Positions 37,595 through 43,073 of a stretch of DNA of 43,073 bases are shown here, one piece after another. The stretch covers positions 1 to 43,073 of the forward strand of contig CAZNQC010000008.1 of NCBI GenBank assembly GCA_964574825.1, written 5' to 3'. A program made the position numbers and the translations under genes. The notes beneath the pieces were generated by a model. That model searched no databases. It was not told the origin of the DNA and saw nothing but the letters and a program-made list of their open reading frames with translations. The DNA is from an uncultured Sphaerobacteraceae bacterium. Its GTDB lineage: Bacteria; Chloroflexota; Chloroflexia; Thermomicrobiales; UBA6265. The first letter of the stretch is position 1. Each line of letters opens with the position of its first letter.

Positions 37595-37623
37595 CGTTAA
37601 CGTTGCAAGGCAGATCGTTAACG
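37595..37623. repeat. Pair of CGTTAACG palindromes 21 bp apart, flanking a TTGCAA palindrome
   Basis: TCGTTAACG (37594-37602) and TCGTTAACG (37615-37623), with TTGCAA (37603-37608) between them. The second copy overlaps the S41 peptidase stop codon (37618-37620). The two copies could also pair as an 8-bp hairpin. Confidence 0.5.
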
Positions 37624-38925
37624 ATCGGTGGGGGTAGCCACGGTTGGCAGCGCGGCGAGGTCGGTCGGTCGGGATGCACCGGCATCGAGATAGGCAACAG
37701 CGGTCGAGACAAAGGGATCGCCACTCAGCGCGCTGGAACCGCCGGTCCCGGTCAACACCACGTCGGGCTGAACGCCCTCATCCTGGATGCGTCCCTTGCT
37801 GGGCGTGAACCATTCAGCCACGGTCACCCGCAACGACGCCCCGTCGGTGAAGTCGAAAATGCGCTGCACCGAGCCCTTGCCCACCGTCGGCTGCCCCATC
37901 ACCAGCGCGCGGTCGTAGTCGCGCAAGGAACCGGCAACGATTTCGGCAGCGCTCGCCGTGTTGGAATCGACCAGCACGATCAGCGGCAGCGACGTCGGCG
38001 GCACATCCCCATTGATGATCGGAATCTCGACTTCGTCACCGCGGCCCGGCGTGGTGTCCTCGAACATGGCGGGACCAATGTCGTCATCGAGGAAGCGCCC
38101 AATGGTTTCCTGGGCCGCTTTCACCCACCCGCCACCATTGCCACGCAGATCGAGGATGATGCCGGTGGTGCCGTTCGTTTCAGCTTCGGCCAGTGCGGCA
38201 TCCAGCTCGGCAATCGTGCGATCGCCAAAGATATCGACCGCGATTCGCATGTAGGACGTCCCGTCGATCATCTCCCACGTGACCTGGTGAACGATGATCG
38301 CCTCCCGTTCGACTGTGACCGTCACCGGGCCGGAGTTGGCGTCTTGCACAAGGGTGAGATCGACCGTGGAACCAACCGGACCACGCAAATCCAGGCCGGT
38401 GAAGTCGCCGTCGATCGATGCCACCGGTCGGTTGTCGATGCGTTCGATGACGTCTCCGGCAACGATCCCGGCGCGATCGGCCGGCGAGTCCGGCGCCACC
38501 CGCGCCACGGAGACAAGCCCCCCTACCTCCTGCAGGGTGACACCGATGCCGCCGTATTTGCCTTCCAGTTCGCTGGCGGCCACCTGCGCTTCATCCGGTG
38601 GGAGATACCGGGTGTAATCGTCATTGAGACTGGCGAGCATGCCATTGATGGCATGTTGTTCGAGCGAGGACTCGAAGGTCAGCTGATCGTCTGGCGACGT
38701 AGGCCGGTAGTAATAGTTGTCCATCAACACGCCGGTCACCGCGTCCACATCGGAGGTGGATGCCTGCTCGACCTGACTGGCGGTTTCCCGGCCGATGAAG
38801 ATTCCGCCCGAGACTCCCACCAGCAGGACCAGCAGAAAGAGGGCCGCCATGCGAAGATAGACATGCATTGGCGACATCGAAGGCGTTGACCGGGATGGTC
38901 TGGTTGACGTGGTTTCGGGCGTCAT
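37618..38925 (-). CDS. S41A family C-terminal processing peptidase (Ctp/Prc-like) with a PDZ domain
   Basis: N-terminal TM anchor (LRMAALFLLVLLVGVSGGIFIG), PDZ domain (GGIGVTLQEVGGLVSVARVAPDSPADRAGIVAGDVIERID) and catalytic region IVLVDSNTASAAEIVAGSLRDYDRALVMGQPTVGKGSVQ. Confidence 0.9.
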   Translation of the reverse strand: MTPETTSTRPSRSTPSMSPMHVYLRMAALFLLVLLVGVSGGIFIGRETASQVEQASTSDVDAVTGVLMDNYYYRPTSPDDQLTFESSLEQHAINGMLASLNDDYTRYLPPDEAQVAASELEGKYGGIGVTLQEVGGLVSVARVAPDSPADRAGIVAGDVIERIDNRPVASIDGDFTGLDLRGPVGSTVDLTLVQDANSGPVTVTVEREAIIVHQVTWEMIDGTSYMRIAVDIFGDRTIAELDAALAEAETNGTTGIILDLRGNGGGWVKAAQETIGRFLDDDIGPAMFEDTTPGRGDEVEIPIINGDVPPTSLPLIVLVDSNTASAAEIVAGSLRDYDRALVMGQPTVGKGSVQRIFDFTDGASLRVTVAEWFTPSKGRIQDEGVQPDVVLTGTGGSSALSGDPFVSTAVAYLDAGASRPTDLAALPTVATPTDR

Positions 38926-38995
38926 GAAATGTCCTGCCGGTTCCGGTTCCGTCGCAGTGCGGACCGTGGGTAGTCACGTTGAGGTGGTACATCTC

Positions 38996-39772
38996 GTGGG
39001 AACGCTGCTCGTCGCGGATGTTGGCAACACCAATACCGTTTTCGGCCTGTTCGACCCCGATCAACCGTTGCCACTGGCAACGATCCGAATGTCGACACGG
39101 CGCGACCGCATGCCCGACGAATGGTACGCGATCCTCTTGCCGGCCCTGCTTTCGGCTGACCAGAACCCGGACGAGATTTCGGCAGTCGTCGTGTCAAGCG
39201 TCGTGCCTGGAGTCACTCGCTGGCTGACCGCGATGAGCGAGCAGCACTTTGGTGTGGTCCCCATGATCGTCTCGATCGACCTCAACCTCGGCATCGGCAT
39301 CGACTACCCCCAGCCACGAGAGATCGGGGCAGACCGGCTCGTGAACTCGCTGGCGGCATTCCGGAAATATGGTGGCCCCCTCATTTCGGTCGACTTTGGC
39401 ACCGCCATCAATTTCGACGTTGTGGATGCGGCCGGCAACTACGTGGGTGGCGCACTGGCGCCCGGCCTGATCGTGGCCTTCGAGGCCATGACGTCCCGCG
39501 CGGCCAGGCTCTTCAATGTCGACCTGATCCCACCCGAACAGGCCATCGGCCGGTCCACGACGGAGGCCATTCAGTCAGGTATGGTGCTGGGCTATCTTGG
39601 CCTGATCGAAGGCCTGATCACCAGAATTTCGGCGGAGCTGGACGGCACCCCAGCGGTAATCGTGACTGGTGGCTACAGCGAGATCTTTGCCAATGCCTCA
39701 TCGATGATCGATGCCTACGAACCAGATCTCACGGTTGAGGGTCTGCGCCAGGTCTACCTCCTGAATCGCTGA
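38996..39772 (+). CDS. coaX: Type III pantothenate kinase
   Basis: LLVADVGNTNTVFGLF, GADRLVNSLAA, ISVDFGTAINFDVV and VIVTGGYS motifs. The start is GTG 38996, 8 nt after GAGGTGG. The upstream GTG 38909 is possible but would overlap the divergent peptidase start. Confidence 0.88.
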   Translation: MGTLLVADVGNTNTVFGLFDPDQPLPLATIRMSTRRDRMPDEWYAILLPALLSADQNPDEISAVVVSSVVPGVTRWLTAMSEQHFGVVPMIVSIDLNLGIGIDYPQPREIGADRLVNSLAAFRKYGGPLISVDFGTAINFDVVDAAGNYVGGALAPGLIVAFEAMTSRAARLFNVDLIPPEQAIGRSTTEAIQSGMVLGYLGLIEGLITRISAELDGTPAVIVTGGYSEIFANASSMIDAYEPDLTVEGLRQVYLLNR

Positions 39773-39968
39773 GCGACCGCCACCGGCCACCCGGTTCCTT
39801 TCGGGCTGGTGACTCACGACGCAATTCGGCGCGCCTTAACCTTTCGCGCCCGGCAATTCGCCCCTATACTTTCGCCAAACCAATACAACGCGGGCATCGT
39901 CAGAGAGACAGTTCGCGATATATCTGAATGCCAGGTATCCGCGACCTGTTCAGCCGGAGAGGATGGAC

Positions 39969-42047
39969 ATGAAGCAGTACCCTGCGGACCGTATCCGAAA
40001 CGTCGGCCTGTTTTCCCATGGTGGCGCGGGAAAGACGTCTCTGGCCGAAGCGTTTCTATTCGTCAGTGGCGCCACCAACCGTCTGGGTAACGCCCAGGAC
40101 GGCACAACCGCCTCCGACCATGACCCTGACGAGGTCAAACGAGGCATGTCCATCAGCACCTCAGTGCTGCCAATCGAGTGGGAAGATCACAAGATCAACG
40201 TGCTCGACGTGCCAGGCTACGCCGACTTCCTCGGTGAAGTTCATGCCGCCATGCGAGTGGTGGACGGGGCGGTCATCCTGATCGACGCCGCATCTGGAGT
40301 CGAGGTAGGGACCGAACAGGCCTGGAACCTGGCCAACCAGTACAACCTGCCGCGACTCCTGTTCGTGAACAAGATGAACCGGGAAAATGCCGACTTCCCC
40401 CGGGCTCTCGCTTCGCTGCGGGAAGCATTTGGCAAGCAGGTGGCGCCGATCCAGTTTCCGATCGGCTCGGAAAAGACGTTCCGGGGCATCGTCGACCTGC
40501 TGGCCAATACGGCCACCGTCTATCACGACAACGCCGACGGTGGATTCGATGTCGTACCAATCCCTGATGAACTCTCCGACGAAGTCGCGCTCTATCGCCA
40601 GGCCCTGGTGGAGAGCATTGCCGAACACAACGAAGAGTTGATGGAGCGGTATCTGAACGACGAGCCAATCAGCGACGACGAGCTCTTCGACGAGCTTCGT
40701 TCCTGCATTGCCGATGACTCGGTCACGCCTCTCCTCTGCGGTGCGACCCAATACACCCTCGCCATTCAACCACTGCTCCATTACATCATTCGCGAACTCC
40801 CTCCGGCCTCGGAGCGCACGGAGCCGGCCACAGTCAATGGCTCGGAGACCGAACTCGCGGCCGATGGCGATGCTCCCCTCGCCGCGCTCGCGTTCAAAAC
40901 GCTGGCCGATCCGCATGTCGGCAGGGTGAACTTCTTCCGCGTCTTCCAGGGAACCTTCGCTTCCCACTCCCACGTCACCAACACGAGCAAGGGAGAAGCC
41001 GAACGCATCGGGCAGTTGTTCTACCTGCAAGGCAAGGAACACATTCCAGCTGAGTCAATCGGTGCCGGCGACATCGGTGGTGTGTCCAAGCTGAACTCGG
41101 TTACCACCGGTGACACGCTCGCTGCCGATGGGTCGGGGATTGAACTCGCGCCAGTCTCGGCACCACCGGCATCCTACTCCTGCGCCGTGCACCCCAAAAC
41201 CAAGTCGGACCTGGACAAGTTAAGCCAGGCGTTGAATCGGCTGCACGAGGAAGATCCGTCCCTGGTGCTCTCGCGCGATCCCATTACCGGGGAACTGATC
41301 GTGAGCGGATTGGGCGAGCCACACGTGCAGATTGCGATCGAGCGGATGACGCGCCGGTCCGGCGTTAACGTTGAAACTGGCCTGCCCCGCGTTGCCTATC
41401 GGGAGACGATCCGGGCCAAGACGGCCAGCGAGTACAAGCACAAGAAGCAGACCGGTGGTGCGGGCCAATATGGCCACGTTCATCTCGAGATCGAGCCGCT
41501 TCCCGATGAAGACTTCGAGTTCAAGGACCGGGTGGTCGGCGGCTCCGTTCCACGTGGCTATTTCCCGGCTGTGGAGAAGGGTATTCGCGACGCCCTGGAC
41601 TCAGGACCGCTCGCCGGCTATCCGGTGGTCAACGTTCGCGCTACGTTGACCGACGGCAGCTATCACGCAGTGGATTCGAACGAAATGGCCTTCCGGATAG
41701 CCGGCAAGGAGGCCTTCAAGCGCGCCGTGCTCGCCGCCAGCCCTGTGCTGCTCGAGCCGGTCAGCCTGCTCCGCGTCACCATGCCCGATGAGTATCTGGG
41801 CGACGTGATGGGCGACCTCAACTCGCGACGGGCCCACGTCAGCGGGGTCGAGCCGGGCACCAACGGCAGCTCGACCGTCGAGGCCATGGCGCCCTCGGCC
41901 GAAATCCAGCGCTATGCAACCGACCTGCGCTCGATCACCCAGGGGCGTGGCTCATTCACGGCCACGTTCGACCACTACGATGAAGTACCGGGCCACTTGG
42001 CGGACGCGATCCGCAAGGAGGCCGAAGCCACCGCACACGCGGCTTGA
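39969..42047 (+). CDS. Elongation factor G paralogue (EF-G-like GTPase with divergent G motifs)
   Basis: Five-domain EF-G architecture, including the domain IV/V segments GEPHVQIAIERM, KKQTGGAGQYGHV and LLEPV...VTMPDEYLGDVMGDLNSRRA. G motifs are GGAGKTS, DVPGY and NKMN. The start is ATG 39969, 6 nt after GGAGAGG. Confidence 0.9.
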   Translation: MKQYPADRIRNVGLFSHGGAGKTSLAEAFLFVSGATNRLGNAQDGTTASDHDPDEVKRGMSISTSVLPIEWEDHKINVLDVPGYADFLGEVHAAMRVVDGAVILIDAASGVEVGTEQAWNLANQYNLPRLLFVNKMNRENADFPRALASLREAFGKQVAPIQFPIGSEKTFRGIVDLLANTATVYHDNADGGFDVVPIPDELSDEVALYRQALVESIAEHNEELMERYLNDEPISDDELFDELRSCIADDSVTPLLCGATQYTLAIQPLLHYIIRELPPASERTEPATVNGSETELAADGDAPLAALAFKTLADPHVGRVNFFRVFQGTFASHSHVTNTSKGEAERIGQLFYLQGKEHIPAESIGAGDIGGVSKLNSVTTGDTLAADGSGIELAPVSAPPASYSCAVHPKTKSDLDKLSQALNRLHEEDPSLVLSRDPITGELIVSGLGEPHVQIAIERMTRRSGVNVETGLPRVAYRETIRAKTASEYKHKKQTGGAGQYGHVHLEIEPLPDEDFEFKDRVVGGSVPRGYFPAVEKGIRDALDSGPLAGYPVVNVRATLTDGSYHAVDSNEMAFRIAGKEAFKRAVLAASPVLLEPVSLLRVTMPDEYLGDVMGDLNSRRAHVSGVEPGTNGSSTVEAMAPSAEIQRYATDLRSITQGRGSFTATFDHYDEVPGHLADAIRKEAEATAHAA

Positions 42048-42080
42048 GGCCGGACTGATCCGCTGGAACGCACTAGACTC

Positions 42081-42112
42081 TCACCGGCGGCGGGAAATCC
42101 TGCCGCCGGTGA
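42081..42112 (+). terminator. Hairpin after the EF-G paralogue gene
   Basis: TCACCGGCGGC-GGGAAATCCT-GCCGCCGGTGA: a perfect 11-bp stem 34 nt after the stop. No U-tract follows. Confidence 0.5.
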
Positions 42113-42144
42113 CATGTCGCATCGTGCAGGACGCAACCAACCAG

Positions 42145-42579
42145 ATGGCAACGCAAACCAGTTTCTCGATCCCCGGTGAAGAATCACTTCAGTTCGAAAT
42201 CGTGTTCGACGGCGGATCGCTCGGCAACCCCGGCAAGGGCTACGGGAGCTTCGACATTACGTCAAACGGCCAGCCAGTCGAGCGGCAAATCGAAATCCAG
42301 TACGGAGACAACATCACCAATAACCAGGCCGAGTACCAGACCCTGATCGAGGCGCTGGCCTGGCTCAAGCAGCATTTGGGAGAAAAAGCGCGGCTGGCAT
42401 CCGTCGAGATTCTGGGCGACAGCAAACTGGTGTTGATGCAGTCCCAGGGGAAGTGGAAGGTCAACAATGAGGGCCTCAAACCGCTGAATGCGCAGGTCAA
42501 AACGTTGTTGAAATCGTTTGGGAAGACAACGCTCACCTGGCACGCGCGAAAGCACTCGGTGGCGAAGCTCGGCCACTAA
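42145..42579 (+). CDS. RNase H family protein (type 1, RVT_3/archaeal-like)
   Basis: FDGGSLGNPGKGYGSF (first catalytic Asp), NNQAEYQTLIEAL (Glu) and GDSKLV (Asp). I trimmed the start to ATG 42145. The 5' part of track ORF 41914..42579 overlaps the EF-G 3' end out of frame. Confidence 0.8.
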   Translation: MATQTSFSIPGEESLQFEIVFDGGSLGNPGKGYGSFDITSNGQPVERQIEIQYGDNITNNQAEYQTLIEALAWLKQHLGEKARLASVEILGDSKLVLMQSQGKWKVNNEGLKPLNAQVKTLLKSFGKTTLTWHARKHSVAKLGH

Positions 42580-42779
42580 TTGAAGCGGCGGGCTCGCTGG
42601 AGGCGCAGCGAGAGGCCGAGCGACACCCCAAGAATCAGCAACGCAATCAATACCAATGGCATGAGCGCGAGACCGGTCAGCCACTTGATGGCAATCACCA
42701 GCAGGACGGTCGCGACCAGCGCCTGCCAAACCGCTTTCTCCACACCGCCCTCCCGCACACGTCCAACAGGAGCCGTCAT
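42576..42779 (-). CDS. Small two-TM membrane protein (hypothetical)
   Basis: MTAPVGRVREGGVEKAVWQALVATVLLVIAIKWLTGLALMPLVLIALLILGVSLGLSLRLQRARRFN has two hydrophobic helices and a basic tail. Third-position GC is about 75% by eye, similar to real genes here. No good SD, and its start abuts the divergent gene start. Confidence 0.4.
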   Translation of the reverse strand: MTAPVGRVREGGVEKAVWQALVATVLLVIAIKWLTGLALMPLVLIALLILGVSLGLSLRLQRARRFN

Positions 42780-43073
42780 GCGCACCCTTCGGAAAGTCTA
42801 CCTGGCCTCGCCACTGGGCTTCGCTCACTCAACCGCCGCGTTCATGCACGCGACCACCGACGCGCTGCGCGAGCATCTCGAAGTCCTGAATCCGTGGGAC
42901 GACCAGCGATTCGCCGATGAGTTCGCCTCTCTCGCGCAGGAGGAGAACTTCAGTCGCCGCATCACCCGGCTGGGTGAGATCAACCGGGAGCTCGGTCGCA
43001 GCAACACGGTCAGCATCGACGAGTCGTCCGCCCTGTTCGCAATTCTGGACGGCGTCGACGTTGATTCAGGTAC
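42778..43073 (+). CDS. Nucleoside 2-deoxyribosyltransferase family protein (partial, runs off the window)
   Basis: This ORF is not in the track because it has no stop in the window. Hand translation from ATG 42778 (AGGAG 5 nt upstream) gives MRTLRKVYLASPLGF...ALFAILDGVDVDSGT. This matches the family N-terminal (V/I)YLAGPLF and the D-x-D-x-GT motif. Confidence 0.6.
   Translation, partial: MRTLRKVYLASPLGFAHSTAAFMHATTDALREHLEVLNPWDDQRFADEFASLAQEENFSRRITRLGEINRELGRSNTVSIDESSALFAILDGVDVDSG

Overview
High-GC bacterial chromosomal window, densely packed with about 40 protein genes. Gene content and protein style look Chloroflexota/Thermomicrobia-like, but that is inference only. I found no rRNA, tRNA, CRISPR array, transposase or integrase, so this reads as a core housekeeping region rather than an accessory island. 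Gene blocks from left to right: (1) a phospholipid block on the minus strand with glycerophosphodiesterase, CDP-alcohol phosphatidyltransferase and an HtrB/PatA-type acyltransferase; (2) hspR-clpB with a recognisable promoter and a HAIR-like operator; (3) a 44-aa membrane micro-ORF missing from the ORF track, then a 640-aa very acidic secreted protein with a C-terminal Excalibur Ca-binding motif; (4) an M42 aminopeptidase and an orphan family-5 solute-binding protein; (5) malQ and a GH57 branching enzyme, an SH3 lipoprotein and mreB; (6) add, then an MFS-radC-LLM oxidoreductase cluster; (7) ftsY-ffh followed by a His-rich NHL beta-propeller; (8) a translationally coupled troABCD-like metal uptake operon plus a DtxR/MntR regulator, with a promoter-embedded dyad; (9) sprT-like, DUF624-like and trmH genes; (10) an atypical stand-alone receiver domain; (11) a PhoB-like regulator with pstSCAB-phoU, Pho-box-like repeats and no adjacent kinase; (12) an S41 peptidase, coaX, a divergent EF-G paralogue, RNase H, a small membrane protein and a partial nucleoside 2-deoxyribosyltransferase gene running off the window. 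Several long track ORFs are antisense shadow ORFs or chimeric 5' extensions, and I trimmed their starts accordingly. I see no convincing novel multi-gene system. The observations most worth follow-up are the EF-G paralogue with altered catalytic His and NKxD Asp, the His-rich propeller next to the metal operon, the atypical receiver and EExxH SprT-like pair, the uniformly acidic and lysine-poor exported proteins, and three regulatory DNA elements.
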